IMG/VR virus record: IMGVR_UViG_3300045988_041986
Location: 1 to 39,096 of that record
Direction: 5' to 3' (one strand)
DNA: 39,096 nucleotides
From: a virus
Part shown: one piece after another, positions 14,881-22,962 of the stretch
How positions within the stretch are numbered: the stretch's first letter is position 1
Layout: the number at the start of each line of letters is the position of its first letter
Notes under the pieces: generated by a model
Databases searched by the model: none
Seen by the model: only the letters and a program-made list of their open reading frames with translations
What the model was told of the DNA's origin: nothing
Program-made: the position numbers and the translations under genes

Positions 14881-14910
14881 AATCACCGAATGCAATCGGT
14901 GATTTTTTCT
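14881..14910 (+). terminator. Rho-independent terminator after the integrase gene
   Basis: AATCACCGA / TCGGTGATT 9-bp stem with a 6-nt loop, followed by a T6 run. Confidence 0.7.
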
Positions 14911-14911
14911 T

Positions 14912-14951
14912 TACTAAGATATGCTAACCTGTAGGCTATGACAAGTTAGTA
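14912..14951. other. Candidate attP core (imperfect 40-bp dyad between convergent terminators)
   Basis: TACTAAGATATGCTAACCTG|TAGGCTATGACAAGTTAGTA has 13 of 20 symmetric positions complementary, with perfect outer arms TACTAA/TTAGTA. It is adjacent to the serine integrase gene. Confidence 0.25.
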
Positions 14952-14963
14952 TAGAATTTTTCA

Positions 14964-15000
14964 AATAAAAAAACAGCCCGCCGAAAGCTTCGACAGGCTG
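14964..15000 (-). terminator. Rho-independent terminator ending the late operon
   Basis: On the minus strand CAGCCTGTCGAA pairs with TTCGGCGGGCTG (12 bp including 2 G-U, 3-nt loop), followed by TTTTTTTATTT. Confidence 0.65.
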
Positions 15001-15055
15001 AGAAAGGAATGCAGTGAACATGAAACACTGCACTCATAGTATATCATGATTTTGT

Positions 15056-16774
15056 TTAATATCCAACCACTCTCGTTATAAAAATCGCATTTTCTGCTGA
15101 ATATACTGAACCGTTGCTTTTCAGAGTGATCTGGTAATTCTGGCTAAACGTGATCATTGAACCCGAAACATTCACAAGAGCAAACTTTGCATAGTCATAA
15201 TCTGCAATATAATGTATCGTGCCTAAATGCACAAGTTTTCCGTTTGGACCGAATACCTTCACACTGCCACAAGCATTATCACCAGACGATCTGTAAAAGA
15301 TTTCAAGATATGTATAATTTTCCGCACTATCTGATAATGTGACAGTTCCTGCTGTTCCGCTTGCGCTGTTATAAAGCACATTACCACTAAAGCACACGCC
15401 ATTTACTTCAAAGCTGTTGTCATGCTTTGGAAAACAATTCACACCAAAGCTGTATTTCTTAATGTCAAAATAAGCAATAGGAATCCCCTTTGGAAGAATC
15501 AGATTGTATGTTGTTTTTCCTATCAGGTCGGAAACCTCAACTTGAACGTTCCATTCATACTCGTTATCAGCTGTAAAGTTCGTATCGGTGTTATCCTGAA
15601 TTGTCGTGTAAGTGCTGAATGTGCTGTTTGCAACCTTCTTCGTGCGGTACTTAATCGTTACCTCATTTTTTCCGCCTATTGATGAATAATTCGCATTGAC
15701 ATTCAAGATGGTTTCTGAATAATAATTGCTCTTTCGGTTCAGCTTGATGATTGCGCTTGGCAATATCCAGTCGTACACAAGCACCGTGATCTCACTGATG
15801 CCATCGTTTCCCCTTGAATCCGTCAATTTAACGGTCGCTTTTGCATCGGATGATATATTTACCACACCAACGTTTACAACGCCTGTAGTGCCGTTTAAAC
15901 TGCCTGTATAAGCATTTCCATTTATTACGGCAGTGATTGTTTTCAACGTGGCACTGTTTAATGCCTGTGCATTGTTTACGCTGATTTCCAATGTCGAGTT
16001 ATTCCTGATAATGTACTGATTGTCACCAGTGATTGCAACCGTTTTAGAATTTGAATCCTCATATTCAACATTAAATGTAGGATTAGAATTCACAACGTGC
16101 GCAATGATTGTACAGCTTGACGTACCTATAACCGCACTGCCACTATAAGTCGTGACCACAATTTCGCCTGTCATTTCGTTACTGTTTGGCATTTGTGCAT
16201 ACAAACTCGATGCGATCTTGTCCGTATCCAACGAAATATTATCCGTTACACCAGTGCCGATAGTATAACTGTATGAACCCAACTTCAGCACCACTGTATG
16301 TGTAAATACTGATGATTTTCGGTTCATATGCACAACAATAGTATCGCCGATATTAAAGTTTGGAGAATTGTTCGGCCATGTGTTAAGACTCGGCTGTGAT
16401 GCTCTGCCAATATCGGGAAGGCTCCAACTTCCAGAACCTTTGCAGTTTACGCTCGTAACATAAATTGCACACTCTGCATATGCACTGAATGACTTTGAAC
16501 CATTGGTATCATGACCGATTGCAAGCTCTCCAGATGCCACAACCGTACCAGTGTATAACTTAATTCTTGTGTTTGACTGATAAACTGTAGTCCCATTTAT
16601 AACGCACTTGAAAGGGCCCGCCATGTACCAATATCCAGATTTTATTCCTGCACCCTTTAATGTCCATGTGATAACAGACTGATTGTTGACGATGTTTTGG
16701 TTTTTCAACATCCAGTCGAACTGTAGGCACGCGCCATCATATGCTGATGTTTTGAATGTTCCTGATGTAGCCAT
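15056..16774 (-). CDS. DUF859-like tail structural protein, candidate receptor-binding protein
   Basis: 572 aa. The N-terminus MATSGTFKTSAYDGACLQFDWMLKNQNIVNNQSVITWTLKG resembles the siphovirus DUF859 family. It is the last gene of the tail module. Confidence 0.5.
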   Translation of the reverse strand: MATSGTFKTSAYDGACLQFDWMLKNQNIVNNQSVITWTLKGAGIKSGYWYMAGPFKCVINGTTVYQSNTRIKLYTGTVVASGELAIGHDTNGSKSFSAYAECAIYVTSVNCKGSGSWSLPDIGRASQPSLNTWPNNSPNFNIGDTIVVHMNRKSSVFTHTVVLKLGSYSYTIGTGVTDNISLDTDKIASSLYAQMPNSNEMTGEIVVTTYSGSAVIGTSSCTIIAHVVNSNPTFNVEYEDSNSKTVAITGDNQYIIRNNSTLEISVNNAQALNSATLKTITAVINGNAYTGSLNGTTGVVNVGVVNISSDAKATVKLTDSRGNDGISEITVLVYDWILPSAIIKLNRKSNYYSETILNVNANYSSIGGKNEVTIKYRTKKVANSTFSTYTTIQDNTDTNFTADNEYEWNVQVEVSDLIGKTTYNLILPKGIPIAYFDIKKYSFGVNCFPKHDNSFEVNGVCFSGNVLYNSASGTAGTVTLSDSAENYTYLEIFYRSSGDNACGSVKVFGPNGKLVHLGTIHYIADYDYAKFALVNVSGSMITFSQNYQITLKSNGSVYSAENAIFITRVVGY

Positions 16775-16775
16775 A

Positions 16776-18437
16776 TTATACTCCTACTATCCCGATGCCG
16801 TCATTTGTAACAGTATCGCCATCTTTTACTGTAATCGGAATAAACCTTGCCTTGTTGCATAACGTGATCTCTTCCTCAATAACAGATTTTTTCTGATGAA
16901 ACTCATCACCTGAAACCCAGAATGTTTTAGCCCCTGTGCGATCATATCCTGCGAAACCAACTGAATTATTGACGACCAGATATGAGCCATCAAGGCCATA
17001 CATGATTAGTCCGTTTTTATCAAGTTTTGCAATCAGATTGTTTGCTTCATCATAGACTTCAACCTGTCCGTTCTGATTAAGGTTAGAACCAAGTTTTAAA
17101 GTTCCACCTTTTATCATGTCTGCAACAAGATTAATCACATTTATATGTTGCATATTCAACACATTATCAATTGTCCATGCACTCTCGAATGTTCCATTGA
17201 TTCCAGTACTTGAAAATGCAATACCACCGCTATTTATCATAATAACGTGGTGAGCTTCTTCTTTTGGTAATGCATCAACAACCAGAATCTTGTCTCCTTC
17301 ATAAACTACATACGAACTGTCAAGCATACCAAGTATTGATTCCTGTGCCTGCTGAATTGCATCTGAGAATACAACCTGTAAGTTCGCATTGTTTTGTTCC
17401 ACACTCTGCTGAATTGTTGAGCTTACTGTTCCCATAAGACCAGATACTTTCTGCTTAAAATTTCCAAATTCAAGCTCCGTATACTTGCCTAAAATGCAAT
17501 CATAGTCATACGAAATAACATGCGTTGTAATATCCACGCCCATTGGTTCGTCAATGACTTCGATTGTATCGCCTATATCAGTCAGCTTTTCAACGTTTGC
17601 TTTTAAGGTGTAATTCACTTTTGGCGTGCAATTTTCATCAACATATGCCTGTCCCTGCGTTCTCAAATCCTCAACCAGTGCGTTATTGTATGCCACTTCA
17701 TCAAGATTGCCGTCAGCATCTTTGTAAAGGTCTTGGTCAATATTTTGGTTGAAAGACACGACTTTTGTAAATGGAATATCATACTGCGTCTTGCTGTAAA
17801 TATATACCTCATCCAACATCAATCCGTCTTTTCCGACTGGCATAAGTTTTGTCACAACATTATCCCAGTTTGCCGTGCATGTCATTTCCTTCAGATTCTT
17901 TTTGTATCGTACAGTCACACCGTTATCACGCCCGATAGTACTCATGATTCCGAACTTGTAATTGTCACGCACAAAGTGCCCGCCCCAACGCTCTAGAACC
18001 GTGCTAAAAGCGTCATACAGCGATGTTCTTACACACCTATATGAATCTACCATGGCAATGTCAGATACCACTTGAAACGGACTAGGATTGTCCGTGGCTC
18101 TGTTCAGATGATCCATCGCATCATTGCAATTCTTATCGACAACATAACTGTCTGCAATCACATAATTTTCTGCATCATATGAGATATGCGGTGCTTTGAT
18201 TGTGATCTTGTGTTTTGTTTTTTCTGGATTCTTAATGCGAAATGCCTGTGCGCCTTGTGGCGTATCTGCAACGATGATTCTATTTGCTGTCAGAATGTCA
18301 ACATATGATATGTCTGCCTCAATATTCAGATAGAATTTTCCGTTGTCCTCTTTATGTACTTTTGCCTTGAATGGTCGGATAACCGCATCACCATTTGATG
18401 TAAATGTTCTATCGTTAGGAGAAAATACTCTGATCAT
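16776..18437 (-). CDS. Tail-associated lysin-type (Tal / prophage tail endopeptidase family) baseplate protein
   Basis: The N-terminus MIRVFSPNDRTFTSNGDAVIRPFKAKVHKEDNGKFYLNIEA is typical of the phage minor structural protein N-terminal region (Tal). Confidence 0.65.
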   Translation of the reverse strand: MIRVFSPNDRTFTSNGDAVIRPFKAKVHKEDNGKFYLNIEADISYVDILTANRIIVADTPQGAQAFRIKNPEKTKHKITIKAPHISYDAENYVIADSYVVDKNCNDAMDHLNRATDNPSPFQVVSDIAMVDSYRCVRTSLYDAFSTVLERWGGHFVRDNYKFGIMSTIGRDNGVTVRYKKNLKEMTCTANWDNVVTKLMPVGKDGLMLDEVYIYSKTQYDIPFTKVVSFNQNIDQDLYKDADGNLDEVAYNNALVEDLRTQGQAYVDENCTPKVNYTLKANVEKLTDIGDTIEVIDEPMGVDITTHVISYDYDCILGKYTELEFGNFKQKVSGLMGTVSSTIQQSVEQNNANLQVVFSDAIQQAQESILGMLDSSYVVYEGDKILVVDALPKEEAHHVIMINSGGIAFSSTGINGTFESAWTIDNVLNMQHINVINLVADMIKGGTLKLGSNLNQNGQVEVYDEANNLIAKLDKNGLIMYGLDGSYLVVNNSVGFAGYDRTGAKTFWVSGDEFHQKKSVIEEEITLCNKARFIPITVKDGDTVTNDGIGIVGV

Positions 18438-18460
18438 TTAGCTCCTCCTTTCTTAGCATG

Positions 18461-19225
18461 TTATGCCGTTCTCTTCCACATGTATACGGCAAGATATGGT
18501 GGCATATTGTTATGTTTTTGCCCTCTTCCTGCATCTCCAGTTGCGTTGCCATCTTCGTTTTTAGTTGCCTTTATGTTAGGTATGATATTAGTATATTCCT
18601 CATTAATTACAGGCTTAGCACCCATATTGCTTTTTATCTGAACAGCGTTTTTGTTAACAACCAAAGTATAGTCGTTTGTATCATGATGATGCTCAGGCAT
18701 TTCGTCAATGGTTAATTGATGATAGTATTGACCACCTGTTTCACCGCCTGCAAAATTTGGGTCTCCACGCCCAAGATCGCCATATGCTCCATTAGTGTTT
18801 GCCTCCGTATTTGTTCCTGCACCAATTAAGAAACGTCCTTTCAGCCTTTCCCACGTTCCGCCAAACAGTGTTGATGGTTCAGTGCTGTTTACGCTCATAT
18901 AAATAGAGCCAATTGGATACGTCCTGTCAAGTAAGTTTTCAATGCTTCCAGTTTTACCATTCTTTACAGAAAATGTTGATTTTGTCCCATCATTATATGT
19001 AATCGTGTATGTATCTAATAATCCAATTGTTGATGTCTTTGCAATTGATATAATGCCTTTGCCGTTGCTTACTGTAAATGATTTTTTAGTTCCATCTGTA
19101 AGTGTGATTTCATAAGTATCAGTCAGCCCACTTGTGCTAGTTTTTTTGATTCCCTCGATGCTCTGCCCTTTCTGACCTTTAAGCATCAATGTTTTTACGA
19201 TTGGCTTTATAAAATATCCGCTCAT
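18461..19225 (-). CDS. Tail fibre protein with C-terminal phage tail-collar domain
   Basis: Short collagen-like KGQKGQ, then two tandem repeats of about 34 aa (TSGLTDTYEITLTDGTKKSFTVSNGKG / TIGLLDTYTITYNDGTKSTFSVKNGKTG). The collar-like C-terminus is YPIGSIYMS...LFGGTWERLKGRFLIGAG. Confidence 0.65.
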   Translation of the reverse strand: MSGYFIKPIVKTLMLKGQKGQSIEGIKKTSTSGLTDTYEITLTDGTKKSFTVSNGKGIISIAKTSTIGLLDTYTITYNDGTKSTFSVKNGKTGSIENLLDRTYPIGSIYMSVNSTEPSTLFGGTWERLKGRFLIGAGTNTEANTNGAYGDLGRGDPNFAGGETGGQYYHQLTIDEMPEHHHDTNDYTLVVNKNAVQIKSNMGAKPVINEEYTNIIPNIKATKNEDGNATGDAGRGQKHNNMPPYLAVYMWKRTA

Positions 19226-19249
19226 CTTATCACATCGCTTTCTGTTTAT

Positions 19250-19387
19250 TTAATTTGCTAATCGCATTAATTCTTCGTACTGTGATTGTGTAATCCTTTT
19301 GCCTAAAAGGTATACATCTAGTAAGTTCTTATTTTCTTCTGTCAAACCTTCGCGTTTAATCTTATTTTTCATCAATCTGTAAATCAT
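19250..19387 (-). CDS. XkdX-family small tail-associated protein (45 aa)
   Basis: MIYRLMKNKIKREGLTEENKNLLDVYLLGKRITQSQYEELMRLAN. The LGKRIT..YEEL C-terminus is typical of XkdX. GGAGGA RBS. Not in the ORF track because it is under 60 aa. Confidence 0.55.
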   Translation of the reverse strand: MIYRLMKNKIKREGLTEENKNLLDVYLLGKRITQSQYEELMRLAN

Positions 19388-19389
19388 GT

Positions 19390-19536
19390 TTATTCCTCCA
19401 TTAATTGTTCAATAAGAATCGAATTATATTCACATTTTAAATATGCATCTTCAAGCAATTCCTCTTTGTTGATGGGATCAAAGTCCTCTTTTGATAAGCC
19501 TAGCTTTTCAATCATCTTATTTTGTAAGTCTGTCAT
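19390..19536 (-). CDS. XkdW-position small protein (48 aa), hypothetical
   Basis: MTDLQNKMIEKLGLSKEDFDPINKEELLEDAYLKCEYNSILIEQLMEE. The ATG overlaps the fibre stop (TAATG). Confidence 0.45.
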   Translation of the reverse strand: MTDLQNKMIEKLGLSKEDFDPINKEELLEDAYLKCEYNSILIEQLMEE

Positions 19537-21917
19537 TATGATGTCACCTCTTTCAGTGATACAACGTACTGAATATTGCTTGGAACTGCAAGTTGGTAGC
19601 CGTCTCCGTTTGTGTTCTTGAAAGTTAGAGAACCACCGCTCTCGACCTCGAACGGTTCTTGGAACGTGTCTCCGATAATATCCGAGATGTCTGTTACAAT
19701 TGGCGTTGCGAGTTCATAATATAAGTATTCGCCTTTTAAAGAATTTTTAAATGCTTCTGCGTCCGTAAATGATGAATCAGTGATGTTAATGTTGTTACTA
19801 GTTTGCGTTATTGCTTTATCTGCACCATTTGACCATAAGTTATTCCATGGTGTATCAGTATATCTACTACATAGCAAGTTATTAGTATGTAGGTATGCAT
19901 TTTCATCTTTTTTTATGTCACTTGGTAGTAGTGTTCTAAAAACGTGGTACTCATTATCATTCCCATAAGTTCCATAAGAAAAATTTAATGTCCCTAAATC
20001 AACCCTACCAACACGCTTGACAAACTTCTTGTTCTCATAATCGACATAATTGTATACATTGTTAACACCCCAGCCATAGCCCTCTAAGTTCTGAATTGCC
20101 TGTGGGATTGGATATGTGCTTTCGTGATATGGTGAGTAGGCTGTAGCAGTGCTTGCTCTTTCAACCTGTATATTAGACATTACATTTTCGTTGTCGGAAC
20201 TAGCATTGTTATAAAATACAACATCACAATTTAAATCTGCATTTGTTAATTTAACAGGCTTGTTTAGTTTAACTTGTCCGACACCACCGAGTAAATGTAT
20301 ATAATCTACGCTTTCAGTGTTTGACCTATTAATAGAAAATATATAAGTGCCTGGCGTGATATTAGGGCATAGTTTGCGTAAACTTCTTTGTAGGTTTGCA
20401 TAATATGTTTTAGACGGAATAGTGATTGTCTTCTTATCATGGTCTACGGCAACCTTATCGCCATCTGTACCCATTATGCTTCCTTGTGGTACTTTTGAAA
20501 AGTCAAAATAGTTTTTGCCCTGTTCTGCCACGTTGTTAACGCTCATACTCATAAGCGTTCCTTCATTGTAAGGGTAATAATCATTTGGAAACATTGCTTC
20601 AAATTCTGCCGTTGTTGTTGGCTCGTTGCCACTGCCAAACATCTGAGTTAAATTAACCATTATAATTTTAATTTTAACGTCATTGAATTTTGCACCACTG
20701 CCAAAGTTTGCTATTCCTGTGTTGCTTGCTTTTTCCAGTTCTTTTGTAGTCTGACTATATATTATAGATTCACTTCCGCTTGATATTTCTGACATTCTTG
20801 TGAGCCTGTTCAGCCAACCATAATAGAAATTTAAATGGTTGTCATTTTTAATAATAGTCATTTTAATATAAAATTTACCAATAACATTTAACTTTTCATT
20901 TAATTGTGAAAAGTCAACCCAATTTTGCGTAGCAGTACCATTTAATGTTATAACACCGTCTGCGTATGTGACTTTTACGCCATTACTCTCTAGATTTTTT
21001 TCAGTAAAGTATTGATTATATACAATCGTTCTTCCGCCTATTAATTTTACTGCGCCTAACTTAGCACCGCTTGGAATCTGTTTCTTGTAGGCTTTTTCTG
21101 AATCAGTTTCAAATCTATAAGAGATCCCATTATTTAAATCCCATAATGCCGACAAACTGCGTTTAGTTTTAGCATCTTCTTTTGTATTTGCTACTAAATC
21201 TTCCTTTAGTTGATTAATGGCTTCAGTTGAATTTTGTAGATTGTTGGCATATTCCTCGGCTTTAGTTTCAGATGCTTTAGCATTTACTGCACTTGCTTCA
21301 GCTTCTTTCGCACTGTTAGATGCATTTGTTTCTGATAATTTTGCATTCATCTCATATTCTTTTGCTTTTGTGGCTGATGCACTTGCTTCTGTAGCCTTAG
21401 ATGTTGCGGTATCTGCACTTGTACTTGCACTAGTTGCACTCTCTTGTGCATTTGTAGCACTCTGACTTGCATTTGTTGCTGACTGTGCTGATGCGCTTGC
21501 ACTTGTACTTGCATTACTTGCACTTTCGCTTGCTGAAATTGATGCTTCGCTTGCACTCTGTGCTGATGCACTTGCACTTGTACTAGCACTAGTTGCGATC
21601 TTACTTGCACTGGTTGCAGACGCTTCTAATGTGCGAATATTTTCAAACTCTTTGCCGAGAATTGCTGTAGTCTCAAGTGTTTCGCCATTATCAAGAGTAA
21701 ACAGTAGTGAGTAGTCGTCACGCAGTTCGACAGACCTAATGCCAGTTCCTTGTTCGCCTTTTTCGCCACGGATTGGCGGTGTATTGAATTGCATTCCGTT
21801 TTCTATTGTTATAGTCAAAGTATAATCATCATTCATCTGAATATTTGAAATACTGTACCCTGTTTCGCCTTTTTCGCCTTTCAGCATCAATATTTTCGCT
21901 CTATAATATCTGCTCAT
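19536..21917 (-). CDS. Long tail fibre protein with collagen-like triplets and a Ser/Ala/Thr-rich rod
   Basis: 793 aa with GEKGETG and GEKGEQGTG triplets. Residues about 98-225 are low-complexity S/A/T. It is followed by XkdW/XkdX-like genes, as downstream of PBSX XkdV-type fibres. Confidence 0.7.
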   Translation of the reverse strand: MSRYYRAKILMLKGEKGETGYSISNIQMNDDYTLTITIENGMQFNTPPIRGEKGEQGTGIRSVELRDDYSLLFTLDNGETLETTAILGKEFENIRTLEASATSASKIATSASTSASASAQSASEASISASESASNASTSASASAQSATNASQSATNAQESATSASTSADTATSKATEASASATKAKEYEMNAKLSETNASNSAKEAEASAVNAKASETKAEEYANNLQNSTEAINQLKEDLVANTKEDAKTKRSLSALWDLNNGISYRFETDSEKAYKKQIPSGAKLGAVKLIGGRTIVYNQYFTEKNLESNGVKVTYADGVITLNGTATQNWVDFSQLNEKLNVIGKFYIKMTIIKNDNHLNFYYGWLNRLTRMSEISSGSESIIYSQTTKELEKASNTGIANFGSGAKFNDVKIKIIMVNLTQMFGSGNEPTTTAEFEAMFPNDYYPYNEGTLMSMSVNNVAEQGKNYFDFSKVPQGSIMGTDGDKVAVDHDKKTITIPSKTYYANLQRSLRKLCPNITPGTYIFSINRSNTESVDYIHLLGGVGQVKLNKPVKLTNADLNCDVVFYNNASSDNENVMSNIQVERASTATAYSPYHESTYPIPQAIQNLEGYGWGVNNVYNYVDYENKKFVKRVGRVDLGTLNFSYGTYGNDNEYHVFRTLLPSDIKKDENAYLHTNNLLCSRYTDTPWNNLWSNGADKAITQTSNNINITDSSFTDAEAFKNSLKGEYLYYELATPIVTDISDIIGDTFQEPFEVESGGSLTFKNTNGDGYQLAVPSNIQYVVSLKEVTS
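21243..21626 (-). repeat. Low-complexity imperfect tandem repeat region encoding the S/A/T-rich fibre segment
   Basis: Near-identical units such as CTGTGCTGATGC(G/A)CTTGCACTTGTACT(T/A)GCA occur twice, about 75 bp apart. All three frames on both strands are open here. Confidence 0.7.
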
Positions 21918-22249
21918 CTTGTCACGTCACTTTCTATCTTTAAAGCTCCATTAAGGATGGTAAATACATCACCATTAAGTTCGATTTGCAAGTCATAATA
22001 ATACATTCCTGTCTCAAGATTTTTCGTGTCCTCTGGCGCAATACGAACAATGTAATACAGCTTTGTGCCGTCCTGTTTTGAAAAGTTGATTCCCTTTTCT
22101 AGTTCCTTATGGATCACTACATCATCATCGTCAAAATTCGTTTTGCAAGTAAAATCCACCTTTTCTAGTTTCTGTGGTGCTTCGTCAAACTCAACTTCGA
22201 ACGCAAAGCTCAACGTATCGCCCCTAATCAATTCAAAATTTGCCTTCAT
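21914..22249 (-). CDS. Small baseplate/tail-associated protein (hypothetical)
   Basis: 111 aa. The ATG overlaps the Dit stop. The sequence is predicted beta-rich (RGDTLSFAFEV...YYYDLQIE). Confidence 0.45.
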   Translation of the reverse strand: MKANFELIRGDTLSFAFEVEFDEAPQKLEKVDFTCKTNFDDDDVVIHKELEKGINFSKQDGTKLYYIVRIAPEDTKNLETGMYYYDLQIELNGDVFTILNGALKIESDVTR

Positions 22250-22950
22250 TATATCCACCTCGAATAATTTTCAAACGCTATATATGTCAATGCTCCATCC
22301 CATGACACGGAGTTTGGCCCAACATTAAGAACGAACTTGTCATAATTGCCGACAACGTATCTGTTCATCAATACATCATCATTGTACGCCTCAAGCCTTC
22401 CTGTGTCTATCGTGATGGAATTTGTCGTACTCAAATCAATACGGAACAACTGCACGCCATTCAACGACAGATTGATAATCCCTGTTCCTTTGACATGAAT
22501 AACTGGCTTTGATACATAATTGCCGTTATTTCTAACTGTGATAGCACTTGTCGGATTGCTGAACGCCTTCAGTTTCTCGATATTGCTGTATTTGAATGGT
22601 TGTACATGGTACGTGATTTCAGCCGTTCTGAACCTCATAAGTCGTTCATAATCAATCGCATCAAGAATGTCGTATAAGTAGTATTTTTCTGGTTCATTTG
22701 AAAACGTTACTGTTCCGCTTGAATTGAAATACGTAATAATATCATCAATGTCATAATCTCCAAACAGACCGATTTTCATTTTTTTGTCATAGGCTGAATA
22801 TCCAAGCCTTGTGATAACATCACCGTCACGACCGTCTATCTGCTCAATACTCGTGCGCATCAAAGGCTTTGTAATCGGTGGCAATTCCTGTATCAGCAAT
22901 CCTTTTAAATATCGGCTGTCTTTTCCATTTTGAATAACGTAATTTCTCAT
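22249..22950 (-). CDS. Distal tail protein (Dit, siphovirus tail component family)
   Basis: It lies immediately after the tape measure gene. The IEQIDGRDGDVITRLGYSAYDKKMKIGL pattern is typical of Dit. Confidence 0.7.
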   Translation of the reverse strand: MRNYVIQNGKDSRYLKGLLIQELPPITKPLMRTSIEQIDGRDGDVITRLGYSAYDKKMKIGLFGDYDIDDIITYFNSSGTVTFSNEPEKYYLYDILDAIDYERLMRFRTAEITYHVQPFKYSNIEKLKAFSNPTSAITVRNNGNYVSKPVIHVKGTGIINLSLNGVQLFRIDLSTTNSITIDTGRLEAYNDDVLMNRYVVGNYDKFVLNVGPNSVSWDGALTYIAFENYSRWI

Positions 22951-22962
22951 ATTTCCACCGCC

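Noticed and set aside
21217-21610. Extra ORFs in other frames over the fibre repeat region (21217-21465 plus strand, 21347-21610 minus strand)
   Set aside because: Low-complexity GCA/ACT/TCT repeats keep all frames open. The translations (ALA/SFA or QVQ runs) are artefacts of the S/A/T-rich fibre frame.
19536-21917. Diversity-generating retroelement or phase-variable receptor-binding gene
   Set aside because: The genome has no reverse transcriptase, no template/variable repeat pair and no invertase with inverted repeats flanking the fibre 3' end.
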